From Candidatus Bathyarchaeota archaeon (GTDB lineage Archaea > Thermoproteota > Bathyarchaeia > Bathyarchaeales > Bathycorpusculaceae): a DNA stretch of 64,000 nt. Shown piece by piece: positions 43,058 through 52,765 of this stretch (positions within the stretch are counted from its first letter, which is position 1; every line of letters begins with the position of its first letter). The notes under the pieces were generated by a model. That model was not told where the DNA came from. It made no database searches and saw only the letters and a program-made list of their open reading frames with translations. The stretch spans positions 320,001 to 384,000 of the forward strand of contig CAWDYC010000004.1 of assembly GCA_963806535.1 (NCBI GenBank), read 5' to 3'. A program made the translations under genes and the position numbers.

Positions 43058-43715
43058 TTAATGAGTCGCTTTTTTCTGTTGATTCTTCTGAGGTTTATGG
43101 GCTGACCAGCATTTTCGGCAATACACAGGTCGGTCGGCATGAGGTTGAAAAGGCACTTCACATTCACAACCGCAATCACTGCAAACGACTTTGTAAACGG
43201 TTTCTTCATGGAACTGCTCAAATAAATTATAATTTTTCAGACGTGGCCATCCAGTTTTTGCGTACCGGAGCATTTCAGGTTTATCTTTTAGCCAACGCAT
43301 CATATGGAAAAAGCTTTTACCCCTTTTTTCTTCACGTTCAGCTAATGGTTCGTAGCCTAAATTGCGGATTTCGTCTAAGTAAGCGATTTCCACTAATCTC
43401 TGTGCTTCGCCGACCACTCTTACACGTTTAACCCGGTCTTCACCGTAGACTTTGCGGAGTTCCTCAGCGGCAACATCAAAGATGCAGCCTTGGCAAATGT
43501 GAATTGCTTCGTCTGGTTTGAGATTGAAGTACGAGACTAGTTTAGAGACGACGCGTGAGGATTCTTTGCAGGTATTCTTTTTCTCGGAAAATTTCTTGAT
43601 AGAATCTTACGTCTATGAGGTCATATTTGAATTCGCCTGTTTCTTCTCGGTAAGCGCCAACTACAACGCCATAAAGTAAGTCGCCGCTGCCTGCGTCATC
43701 AACAATAACTGTCAA
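43058..43715 (-). pseudogene. RNase H-like fold protein fused to a CxxC-x17-CxxC domain, frameshifted
   Basis: N-terminus MTVIVDDAGSGDLLYGVVVGA resembles the RNase HII DEAG.G..GP motif; C-terminus CSDCG.ECEVPF.P..DRPVYCRKC; indels near 43560-43600. Confidence 0.6.
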
Positions 43716-43829
43716 CTAATAATGTTCCTTCTGTTGTTTCCTCAATTGAATGCTTATTTCGGCTATAAAAATAGTCCTCTCAAAAATGAAAATAACTGAA
43801 GGCTCTTGCATTATTTTATGAGGCTGTTG

Positions 43830-44465
43830 CTATTGCTGTTTTATAGTTTCGGCAGGGGTTTGTTTAGGAGTTAGAACTCCTTTTTTGCCAAGACGCAGTT
43901 GCCTCTCGCCCCTGAAAACACAAACATGAGCATTCTTAATTTCGATATTTTCTCCAACTGTAATCGAGTTGATTTGTCCTTCCCAGAGACAAAGCTTGAT
44001 TTTTCCTGTGTCATCTTGAACCAAAGCGTTGACTACCATGACAGTGTTGCCAAATTGTGTGTGAACCTGAACTGGCTTAGGAATCTCAAGAACCTCTGCC
44101 TTAACATTTACTCGTTTCATACCTGCTCTCAAAGCATTAACTGCTGTGAAAACTGATTCAGTATTTTGTTTGGCGATTTTCTTGGTTATTTTATCAGTGC
44201 TCATCCAGCTTTCAAAAGGATTGTCTTTTCTCAACAGAAATTGTTCATCAACTCTGAATTGAGCAACAGCATGATTCTCTTTCTTTATCAGAAAAATAAT
44301 TTCATCCTTAACTTTGCCGCGGTATTCAACCTCAAGAGTGCCGCAGACGGCTGTTTCATTGTTTCTTGCTTTTATTAGCGCTTGAAAAACTTCAGAGGGG
44401 TAAATGTTATGTTTTACTGAAAGAAGCGCAATGTGTTCCCCTAAAGTTGATTTTTTCTGTCTCAA
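43830..44465 (-). CDS. OB-fold single-stranded DNA-binding protein with an N-terminal extension
   Basis: LRAGMKRVNVKAEVLEI...DDTGKIKLCLWE.QI...G..I.I.NA...FRGERQL matches crenarchaeal-type SSB/RPA. Confidence 0.8.
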   Translation of the reverse strand: MRQKKSTLGEHIALLSVKHNIYPSEVFQALIKARNNETAVCGTLEVEYRGKVKDEIIFLIKKENHAVAQFRVDEQFLLRKDNPFESWMSTDKITKKIAKQNTESVFTAVNALRAGMKRVNVKAEVLEIPKPVQVHTQFGNTVMVVNALVQDDTGKIKLCLWEGQINSITVGENIEIKNAHVCVFRGERQLRLGKKGVLTPKQTPAETIKQQ

Positions 44466-44815
44466 ATTCCCTCTCTCTTGTCATGTATAATTCGAGAAAA
44501 AGCAAGATTCAAAGTGATTTGTACTTTCTCTCAATATCGAATGCCTACATTATATCAAGGTACCTATATTAGTGTGACTATACAAAAAGCCTTTTAAGCC
44601 CTTTTTTGGAGAAATTAGCGAAAATCAACGTAAAGAGATATTCAGAAATTCGGATTTCCAAATTTTTTTACTTTTCATGGAATTTCGCAGTTAACAATTT
44701 GATGTTAATCTGGAAAATGGAAGCATCCAATTTATAAGGATGGAGAACAAGATAGAAGGTACTGTGTAAAAGCAAACTTTTTGCACATCCAATATAGTAG
44801 GAGTTGAAATAGCGA

Positions 44816-44956
44816 ATGTATAACAACAGAGAAATGCACAAGGCAACCTGCGCTGACTGCGGAAAAGAATGTGATGTTCCTTTCAAGCCAGACGGAACCA
44901 GGCCAGTTTATTGCCGAGAATGCTACTCAAAACGTAGACCACCAAGAAGATATTAA
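44816..44956 (+). CDS. CxxC-x17-CxxC small Zn-finger protein (46 aa)
   Basis: MYNNREMHKATCADCGKECDVPFKPDGTRPVYCRECYSKRRPPRRY; TTTATAA box and AGGAG upstream, long T-rich tract downstream. Confidence 0.9.
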   Translation: MYNNREMHKATCADCGKECDVPFKPDGTRPVYCRECYSKRRPPRRY

Positions 44957-45148
44957 GCTAATTAGCTGAACATCTTTCCAAATCTCATTTATTTTCTTTT
45001 TATTTTTATTATTTTCATCTTTTAAGGTTAGTTTTGTTTTTTATTTTTCAAACGCGAGTTATTCTGTGTGCTCCTTTACCGGAATACTTCGTTCCAAAAC
45101 AAACCTAATCAACTCCAGAAACAAACGTGACGCTTTGAAGCCTCATAG

Positions 45149-45250
45149 ACCTTTCCAACTACAACTGTATCGGCTGCCCTACTGTTTCAGTAACAATGGT
45201 GGTGGTTGCTGGCTTGTTGGTTTGCTTCAAGAAAAAGGGGCCAGTATAGT
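45149..45250 (+). pseudogene. Remnant of a C-terminal membrane anchor of a surface protein
   Basis: Degenerate (P)FPTT...VTMVVVAGLLVCFKKKG (TM plus basic tail) with no intact upstream gene. Confidence 0.4.
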
Positions 45251-46591
45251 TTAATTCATTGCTTCCGTTTTTGTTTTTTCTTCAATATCTTCTTTGTTTA
45301 GATGTATCACTATCGTATAGTAAACAGTATTAAGCATTCGAAGCTTATGAGCCCGAAAACTTATGAATTTGAATTTCCTAAGCAAAATTATTAACAAAAG
45401 ACAAAACAAAACAACAAAACCAATTATCTCAATGATTAGGATTGGATGAGGATTAACAGTAAAACTATATCCAATCCCATTATTTGGCTCAACAGAAAAG
45501 ACGATATATGAAAATTTTGATAATTTGAATATGTATAACATATTTACATAGACAGAACCTATGACAAGCAAAAGTCCAAGAATGCTGATAATTTTTCCTT
45601 TGATTGAATTAAATATTAAAGTTGCTTTTGAAATGAATGAGGCAGCTAGTATGCTAAAAAACGGCAATGATTGAAATGAATATTTTATTGAACTTTCATA
45701 TGAACACTTAAGGCTCGCTATGTAACCTAAGTAAAAGTTTGTCCCAAGTACACACACTATTGTTACAAACCAAATCAGATCAAGGGTCAAAAATTTACGC
45801 ATTGTTTTTTTATATACTAAAGACAGAATTAATGAAAAAACTATTAAATCGATAAATAGCCATCCAAGTCCGTAATCTATAAGAAAATTACTTATGAAGA
45901 ATGGTGACGGAACCAAATTGACCGATGCGCAGGTGTCATGAAAATCGTTATGGGCCAATAAGAAAGCTATCCCTGTTCCAAAAATAACTTGAAACCAAAT
46001 GATTGAACTTGCTATCGCTGGAATCAGAAATACGGGCATCCATTTTTTTGGTCTCTTATAAAAAATTAAGAATAGAAATATTGGAATCAGAACGAAGACG
46101 GCGTAAAACTTTGTTAGAATAGCCACTGCAAAGACAAAACTTGCAGCCATGAAAAGTCCAAATGAGCTTCTTCTAATAGCAAGTATGCTTACCCAGAAAC
46201 ATAGCAAACTGAAGAATAAACAGATTATGTCAATCAAAAATGTCCTGCTAAGAACAACTGCCCAAGGGCTCAAACCGAAAATAATTGCTGCAACGTAGCC
46301 TGCTGTTTGTTTGTAGAAGATTTTTGTTATCTCGTAGACAAGAACTGAGCATAAGAGTCCAAACGCCAACATTAGGTACACTGACGTGCCAGTCAGCGCT
46401 TCTAAGTAGAAACCTATCGGTGGTTGATTTACCGGCGTTCCATAAATATTGACGTAGGGGAAACCGGATCTAAGTATGCCGTTTGCTGCGTCTAATTCGT
46501 ATTTGTTGTCAAGATTCTGAAAAGGTCCAATGGTGACAGAGATTAAGAATAAGCAGACAAGAATAAGGAGAAGAGTATAGTTTATTTTCAT
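45251..46591 (-). CDS. GT-C fold glycosyltransferase (ArnT/GT39-like)
   Basis: Multi-TM; NQPP, SRTFLID, AILTK motifs; AT-rich. Confidence 0.8.
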   Translation of the reverse strand: MKINYTLLLILVCLFLISVTIGPFQNLDNKYELDAANGILRSGFPYVNIYGTPVNQPPIGFYLEALTGTSVYLMLAFGLLCSVLVYEITKIFYKQTAGYVAAIIFGLSPWAVVLSRTFLIDIICLFFSLLCFWVSILAIRRSSFGLFMAASFVFAVAILTKFYAVFVLIPIFLFLIFYKRPKKWMPVFLIPAIASSIIWFQVIFGTGIAFLLAHNDFHDTCASVNLVPSPFFISNFLIDYGLGWLFIDLIVFSLILSLVYKKTMRKFLTLDLIWFVTIVCVLGTNFYLGYIASLKCSYESSIKYSFQSLPFFSILAASFISKATLIFNSIKGKIISILGLLLVIGSVYVNMLYIFKLSKFSYIVFSVEPNNGIGYSFTVNPHPILIIEIIGFVVLFCLLLIILLRKFKFISFRAHKLRMLNTVYYTIVIHLNKEDIEEKTKTEAMN

Positions 46592-46866
46592 CTCTTATCC
46601 TCACGCTTATGATATAACCAGTTTTGAAGCGGGATTCTAAACCGGCTGATCATAATCAAGAGAGGTCTAGATTTTAATAAAAGCTTATTCGTAAAAGTAT
46701 CTTGACTTGTGTAGTGAGTTTCTTGGCTTGGCCTCTTAAAATAAATTAATCATAAGTTTTGGCATTCGGCTTATTAGCTACTCCTTTTGTTGGAACTAAG
46801 AAGAGCAAGTTTAAAAAACAAATTAAGTTCTTATGAAATAAAATACTTACTATCTGAGGTAAAAGA

Positions 46867-47535
46867 TTGATTGTTCTAAAAAAGTGGCGAAAGAACGATT
46901 ATTTCAAAACTGTGATCGCTATTGCGTTGATCGTTGGGATAGTTCTCGGCTTATTCTTTGGTCTACAACTAGGTCTTCACACTTCTAATCCCATGTTGAC
47001 TGTGGAGAGCGGCAGCATGAGTATTCCCTATGATGGTTTGGAAAGTGAAAGCTGGCAAGGCTTCTGGCTTAGCATTATGCACCCTTTTGATAGAACCCTT
47101 AGTGTAGGTGACATCATAATCGTCCAAGGGATAAATCCCAAAGATCTAAAAACCGACTATCCTAACAGTGACATAATCATTTACCATCGACCTGACGACC
47201 CAAGTGAATTAATAGTTCATAGGATAGTAAGCAAAGAAATTATCAACGGAACAATCTATTTCCAAACAAAAGGTGACGGAAACCCACCAGAGTTTTGGCC
47301 CAATCCCGCCACAGAAGTTGACTCATGGGGTTCAATTCCTCAACAAGATGTCGTTGGCAAAGTGGTTATGCGCATTCCATGGTTCGGATGGATAACACTT
47401 TTCATGAAAGGTAATTCGTGGGGACTGCCCGTAATTATTGGGCTTATCCTTCTGCTTGTTGTCATCGAATTTGTTGCCCCATTTATAAGAGGCAAGAAAA
47501 AAATAAACGGCGGGTCACAACTAGTGCCAAGGTGA
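46867..47535 (+). CDS. Signal peptidase I (S26, Sec11 type)
   Basis: VESGSM catalytic Ser, GDIIIV, IVHR catalytic His, TKGDGN, VVGKV, two TM anchors. Confidence 0.92.
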   Translation: MIVLKKWRKNDYFKTVIAIALIVGIVLGLFFGLQLGLHTSNPMLTVESGSMSIPYDGLESESWQGFWLSIMHPFDRTLSVGDIIIVQGINPKDLKTDYPNSDIIIYHRPDDPSELIVHRIVSKEIINGTIYFQTKGDGNPPEFWPNPATEVDSWGSIPQQDVVGKVVMRIPWFGWITLFMKGNSWGLPVIIGLILLLVVIEFVAPFIRGKKKINGGSQLVPR

Positions 47536-47638
47536 CTTGATAGGCAAAAGAAGAAATTATAAAATTTGATTAACTTGTAACTTGGTTGCCGAGGTTCGTT
47601 AACACACTTCAATAAACACAATCGCAAAAAAACTTGGT

Positions 47639-47908
47639 TTAAGGATTCAAATCACACGTTTTAGTTTTGCAGTCATTTCCATTTTGCAACTGTTTTAGAA
47701 GGTTTACTTCTTTTTGATAATTTGCCAATTCAGCATTCAAATATTTGATAAGTTCAATTTTTAACTTTATTTCCTGAATATTATCCATTACGGGTTTTTT
47801 GTTTGATTGGAACTGCGTTTTTTGCCACGCCAAATCGTCAAGATTTTTTTTAACCTCTTTAGAATAAATCTTTGCAGGCTCTTTCTTTGACCTATTATTT
47901 TTGCTCAT
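47639..47908 (-). CDS. Hypothetical coiled-coil protein
   Basis: 89-aa ORF with an ATG start. Confidence 0.45.
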   Translation of the reverse strand: MSKNNRSKKEPAKIYSKEVKKNLDDLAWQKTQFQSNKKPVMDNIQEIKLKIELIKYLNAELANYQKEVNLLKQLQNGNDCKTKTCDLNP

Positions 47909-48080
47909 ACAGCCTTTTCCGTTAATTCAACTATGTTTATGCTATTTCGACGTTATCAGAATTTAAGCATTTATGTTTATTGCCACATAGATCCTTTACT
48001 CAGTTATTGACGATTTTTGGCAGGGGCTGTTCTTTGTGTTTTAGGTTGCTTTTTTGAAGCAAAGCTTAAATTCTATGCAG

Positions 48081-48170
48081 GTTGCGTGTGCATTTGTGTG
48101 GATTTGTGCTGAAATGTGTCGAATTGTGGCAAAATGTGTTGAAACGTGTGATTCTGTGTGGAACTATGTA
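48081..48170 (+). repeat. Nine degenerate 10-bp tandem repeats (consensus ~GAAWTGTGTG)
   Basis: gttgcgtgtg catttgtgtg gatttgtgct gaaatgtgtc gaattgtggc aaaatgtgtt gaaacgtgtg attctgtgtg gaactatgta, in exact 10-nt register. Confidence 0.85.
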
Positions 48171-48187
48171 AACAAAAGTGAGTCACC

Positions 48188-48466
48188 ATGCCTTTAACTC
48201 AAAGAGTTTCCTTCAAAAACATTCTAACCAAGACCAATCTGATACAGGTTCCAAAATTGGTACGGTGGCAGTTTAAGCTGGAGCCCTCTGAAATTCTAAA
48301 AATCACTGTCGCCATAAAGGATCGATTGGGTGTAAAGGAAAGCTTTCTTGGAAAAATGCACAAAGACGGAAGAATAACTATTCCACAACTAACCCTTGCC
48401 CTACTAAAACAATATGAACCCAATCTTGAAGGCTTAGTCTTAGAAATTACCCTAGAACCCACATAA
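48188..48466 (+). CDS. Tandem AbrB/MazE/SpoVT-like DNA-binding protein
   Basis: Two swapped-hairpin motifs: LTKTNLIQVPKLVR and KMHKDGRITIP. Confidence 0.7.
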   Translation: MPLTQRVSFKNILTKTNLIQVPKLVRWQFKLEPSEILKITVAIKDRLGVKESFLGKMHKDGRITIPQLTLALLKQYEPNLEGLVLEITLEPT

Positions 48467-48473
48467 AACAGAT

Positions 48474-48794
48474 TCCAACCAACTAACCCAACAATACAAC
48501 GCACGCCTGCTAATTGACAGCAAAAGCGTTAGAGACCCAATCTGCGCTGAACTCCAAAGCGAAAACGTCCGAGTTGAAGGCTACAAATTCGCAAATGCCA
48601 CAAAAAAGGAACTTATTGAAAACTTGAGCATAATGATTGAGAACCAGCAGATTACTATACCGTCAATTCCCGAGTTAGTCAATAAGCTTAAGCTTTACGG
48701 TTACAAGACTACGGCAAGTGGAAGAGTGCAGTATGGAGCTCCAGAAGGCTACCACGACCACTACGTTATAGCTTTAACATTAGCTGCATGGTAA
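48474..48794 (+). pseudogene. Terminase large subunit C-terminal (RNase H-like nuclease) remnant
   Basis: Start-less frame YNARLLIDSKSVRDPI...VEGYKFANATKKELIENL...IPELVNKLKLYGY...YGAPEGYHDHYVIALTLAAW* resembles a degenerate IDxTGVGDP...HDDxVxAL terminase signature. Confidence 0.72.
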
Positions 48795-49062
48795 CTAAAG
48801 CGAAGTCCGCCACAAGGAATATTCGTAGGATTCATTCAACACGAGGAACTAAAGAAAAAAGGCAACATATTTGACCACCATTTTTTCACTAAAGTAAGCC
48901 ATTTCTAAATCATCTCACTATGACTTCCCACCGCTGGAAAATATCGCTATAGGCAAAAAAAGAATGAATGAAGATACGGCAATTCGTAAACTGCAAGCAA
49001 TATTTTTCGAAAGCATTTCAGTAAAAATACTTAAATATGCATTTTTACTTAAAACCTTATTT

Positions 49063-49344
49063 ATGACAAACATGACTATCTCAATCCCTTCAGAACTCTG
49101 CGAGAAGATGAAGAGACATGCAGAAGTAAAATGGAGCGAAGTAGTGAGAAAATCAATAGCAGAGTACATCAACAAAATGGAAATCGTCGAAGGAGGAGTT
49201 GTGCCGTCAAGCAAACTGGCAAATATGCTCAAAGAATCCAACATAGATCTTGCCAATATAACTCTCGATAAAGCAACTAAACAGTACGAAAAAGGCAGGA
49301 AACTGGAATGGAAGAGATTGTCTACGACACAAATCAGCTCATAA
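49063..49344 (+). CDS. RHH-type antitoxin (VapB-like)
   Basis: MTNMTISIPSELCEKMKRHAEVKWSEVVRKSI; overlaps the PIN gene start. Confidence 0.8.
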   Translation: MTNMTISIPSELCEKMKRHAEVKWSEVVRKSIAEYINKMEIVEGGVVPSSKLANMLKESNIDLANITLDKATKQYEKGRKLEWKRLSTTQISS

Positions 49345-49642
49345 ATCATCCTCAAAACTGACAAAACCAACTTCAAAGGCTTAACAACAATATTCAACAT
49401 CATCGAATTCCCAAAAGCTCTTAGAGCTCAAAGAACTAGACGTGATATACCCAACAATCGATGATTACAACGAAAGCTTAAAAATTTCTGCCGCTTTGCT
49501 CAAAAAGGGTAAACTCCTTCCAACAATTGACATACTAATCGCCACAATATGCATCAGAAGAGAGCTAACACTATCCACACTAGACCAACACTTCGCAAAC
49601 ATAAAATCGGTTAGAAACAATTTCAAGCTGAAATTGATCTGA
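49308..49642 (+). pseudogene. PIN-domain toxin (VapC-like), frameshifted
   Basis: MEEIVYDTN, TTIFNIIEFP, IDILIA, TLDQHF across frames. Confidence 0.75.
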
Positions 49643-49666
49643 CAACGAATTGAACTTCGATAATGA

Positions 49667-50089
49667 CTACTGCATAAGTGTCTTGCTGGATAAGGTTTTT
49701 ATTCCCAAGTTTTCTGCAGCTTTGGCAAGTTTACTGTCGTCGCTGACTAAGATCTTGCCAGATTTCTTTGCCTCTACAAGATAAGCTGCGTCATAAAATG
49801 TCAAGTTAAATTTGTACGCTGTGTTCAATACTTCGTATCCTGTCTCATTATCAAGTGAAGCTACCTGCATACGTTCAAGAATAGAGTACATCAGATCTAA
49901 TGATTTTTGTGCCTCTTCAATATTTATTCTTTTAAGCAAAAGACATTCTCTCCACAACGCATTGCCCAGCTCATAGTATGCTAAATAAATCGTTGTTCCG
50001 CTAACTAGTTTTTCCACAGCGTCTTGTGGCTGTTCCCTAATGAGCTTGTATATGATGTTGGAGTCAAACAGTAACTGCGGCTGTATCAT
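49667..50089 (-). CDS. vapC: VapC-family PIN toxin
   Basis: FDSN, YELGNALW, LTFYDAAYL, LVSDD. Confidence 0.9.
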   Translation of the reverse strand: MIQPQLLFDSNIIYKLIREQPQDAVEKLVSGTTIYLAYYELGNALWRECLLLKRINIEEAQKSLDLMYSILERMQVASLDNETGYEVLNTAYKFNLTFYDAAYLVEAKKSGKILVSDDSKLAKAAENLGIKTLSSKTLMQ

Positions 50090-50316
50090 CTGCTGTCCCT
50101 TGTAGTGCGAATGGATTGGGTAAATTCTTCAGGTGGAATCTTTTTTAGAATTTCTGATACCTCTTTAGCAAGTTTGTTTAGTTGTTCTTTTTCCAATCGG
50201 TCTACTTCGGATTGCAAGGTTTCTCTTATTAGCTCGCTTACATTTACGCCTAAACTGGATAACTTTTTCTTGAGTTCAGCTGGAACTTTTGCGCAAACAG
50301 TTTCTTCCATCGCCAT
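50086..50316 (-). CDS. vapB: VapB-family antitoxin
   Basis: TVCAKVPAELKKKL..LGVNVSELIRETL; overlaps the vapC start. Confidence 0.85.
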   Translation of the reverse strand: MAMEETVCAKVPAELKKKLSSLGVNVSELIRETLQSEVDRLEKEQLNKLAKEVSEILKKIPPEEFTQSIRTTRDSR

Positions 50317-50458
50317 AGGTATTACCAATGTAGTATAACAAATCTGTATGATAAGAAGATTACTACTATCCCCAAATCTAACTAGAAATCGTAGAGATGG
50401 GGATGGAAATTAAAACATGAACAAGTATACGCTGATTCCTGAGTTAATCAATGAACTC

Positions 50459-51812
50459 AAGCTCTACGTTTATGGCTACCTCAACCAGGTAAGATCCAGC
50501 AGGAAGCTCTAGAAAGAATGCCACCGTAACGTTGAGGCCATGTGGCTAATGAAAAAGTTGGCGCCAGACCACAAGACCATCGCTGACTTCAGAAAAGACA
50601 ACGTAGACTGCATCAAACCAGTTTTCAAAGAATTCGTTTACCTCTGCAAAAGCCTCGATCTATACGGCGCTCAACTCGTCGCCATAGACGGGACCAAATT
50701 CAAAGCTGTAAACTCAAGAAGCAACAACCTCAATGAGAAAATCGTCGCTTTGAGGCTCAAACAAACAGAGGAAAAGATAGCAGAGTATCTTAAAGAAATG
50801 GACAAGAACGATGCAAACGATTCAGAACAAGGAGAAGACTCGGCCGCTGAAGCGCTTAAGGAAAAGATAAGCCGACTAGAAGAAAAAAAGCAACAATATG
50901 GGCAAATTCAGTCTCAGATGAAGGCTACGGGCCAAAGCGAGGTTTCTCTTGTGGACCCTGATAGCCGTCTGATGAGAGTGAATAGTCAACTTCTTGAAGT
51001 CAGCTATAACATTCAAACATCTGTTGATGCCAAGCAGCATCTCATTGTTGATTATGATGTGATAAATAACTCAACTGACCATCATCAACTTACTAAGGAT
51101 GCGTTGGCAGCAAAGCAGACTTTAGGTGTTGAGACACTTGAGGTTTTGAGTGACAAGGGATTCTATGTTGAAAAAGACGTCTCAGATTGCGAGAATAATG
51201 GTATTACAGTCTTCATGCCTATACCTGCCGTTTTGAGCCCTTACAAGAGTTTGGGTGTTCCAGCGCCTGAGTTCTACAGCGACAGATTTGCTTATGATGC
51301 TGCTAAGAACGTGTATGTTTGTCCTGCAGGCGAAGAGTTGAAGTTTTGTAAGCGCGTGTACAGAGATGAGCCTTTGCGAGGCAGGGTTTACAGGACTGCT
51401 AGTTGCGCTGTCTGTGTTTTTAGGAGCAATTGTACGAGGAACAAACGTGGACGGACTATGGTTAGGTCTGAGTATGATGGTGCAGTTGAGCGTCTAAGGG
51501 TTAGGTTGAAGGGTCTTGATGGGCGAGATAAGCTTCGTTTGAGGCGGATGCTAGTGGAGCATCCGTTTGGGACCATGAAGCGGGCTTTCAATCAGGGATA
51601 TTTGCTCATGAAGGGTCTTAGGAAGGTTAAGGGCGAGGTTGGATTTACTATGCTTGCTTACAACATGCGACGGGCTATCAATATTCTTGGAGTTGGTTTG
51701 CTGATGGGCTTGATTAAGGCGTAGAAAAGAGAAAACAAGTAATAATAATCGTTGGCAAGAGCTTGAGTTCCAGATATTCTTAGGCTTTAACTCTGAGTTT
51801 TGACACAGTCTG
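50459..51812 (+). mobile_element. IS1182-family insertion sequence, 5'-truncated, nonsense codon at 50510; transposase remainder 50540..51724
   Basis: KLYVYGYLN.VRSSRKL*KEC..N...WL...PDHKTIADFRK, AIDGTK, DPDSR, YN.Q..VD, DKG, VEHPFG.MK, AYN; right end GAGTTTTGACACAGTCTG at 51795-51812. Confidence 0.88.
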
Positions 51813-51830
51813 AAATAGGGGCGGAACCAA

Positions 51831-51858
51831 TAGCGGGCTCGGTGGGATTTGAACCCAC
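51831..51858 (-). other. tRNA 3'-end fragment (att-like site)
   Basis: Reverse complement GTGGGTTCAAATCCCACCGAGCCCGCTA gives a T-arm, acceptor 3' strand and discriminator, with no 5' half. Confidence 0.7.
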
Positions 51859-51917
51859 TAACTATATCTTATTCTTTTAAACTTGAGATGGAGTTTAGCA
51901 AGCCTTAAATTAAGAAA

Positions 51918-52550
51918 ATGAGATTTCTAGCCATGCACTTTGGCAATGGCAAAATTGCGGGTTTGCTGTTTTCCATTGGCGTGGTTCAGGTTATTCTTTT
52001 TCAGGTCGTTTGCGAAACGGTTTATTCAGGTTACAATGTAGGAAAGCAGGCTATAAGTGACTTGGGCAATTGGGGTTTAGCTGGAAGTTTTGCGGCAGTT
52101 TTCAATATTTCAGCTGTTTTGTTTGGTCTGTTCATAGTGACAGGAGCTTATTTCGTTTGGCAAGGATTAAGAAACAGACTTTTCGTCTCTCTGTTGGCTT
52201 TGGCAGGTGTGTGTAACATAGGAGTAGGCACAATTGCGGAAGACATTTCTCCGTCCACGCATGGCCTCATTTACTTGATTATGTCTGTTTCTTGGGCAGT
52301 TGCTGCAATATTGTCATATAAGTTGGAAAAATCCCCTTTCTCAATTGTGTCCATTGGCTTAGGTTCTGTTTCGCTTGTAATGTTCATTTTCTCCTTGTTA
52401 GGAAAATATGTAAGTTCAAGTCTCATTTTTGGCTTTGGCTTAGGCGGTATCGAGCGCTTGACCATTTACCCATTGTGGCTTTGGACACTTGGTTTTGGAG
52501 CCTACATAATGGGAGCATCTAGCACTGTAGCTCCAACCAGCAAAACATAG
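51918..52550 (+). CDS. DUF998-like membrane protein
   Basis: Y......ISDLG, FN, a conserved H and G.GGIERL.IYP; 5-6 TM. Confidence 0.78.
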   Translation: MRFLAMHFGNGKIAGLLFSIGVVQVILFQVVCETVYSGYNVGKQAISDLGNWGLAGSFAAVFNISAVLFGLFIVTGAYFVWQGLRNRLFVSLLALAGVCNIGVGTIAEDISPSTHGLIYLIMSVSWAVAAILSYKLEKSPFSIVSIGLGSVSLVMFIFSLLGKYVSSSLIFGFGLGGIERLTIYPLWLWTLGFGAYIMGASSTVAPTSKT

Positions 52551-52765
52551 AATCAACGCAAACTAGGATTACATATCGTGGTGCAGGGGGTTAGGTTTAC
52601 ATTTCACGTTTAAATCTTGCAGAGCTGAAGAAGTGACTTATGTGTCAGATCGACCCGTTGAATAGTTGTTTATTCTAATATTTGCTCGGCATCTTGCTTA
52701 ACTTTAGCCAAATTGGAAGCTTCGCAAAAAAGGCATTCCTAACGCCACCATTCTTACACATTAGT

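Noticed and set aside
44668-44886. 72-aa minus-strand ORF
   Set aside because: It is an antisense shadow of the CxxC-x17-CxxC gene.
48081-48170. CRISPR array
   Set aside because: The units are 10 bp, contiguous and have no spacers; there are no cas genes in the window.
48918-49403. 161-aa minus-strand ORF
   Set aside because: It is antisense to the antitoxin/PIN pair and has no recognisable motifs.
50510-50512. Amber readthrough (pyrrolysine) in the transposase
   Set aside because: The element is already 5'-truncated and no pyl genes are in the window; a simple GAG-to-TAG nonsense change explains it.
25687-51858. 26-kb island bounded by tRNA-Lys and the tRNA fragment
   Set aside because: The fragment lies upstream of the minus-strand tRNA's 5' end, the sequences differ, and the interval holds core genes (trp operon, SRP RNA).
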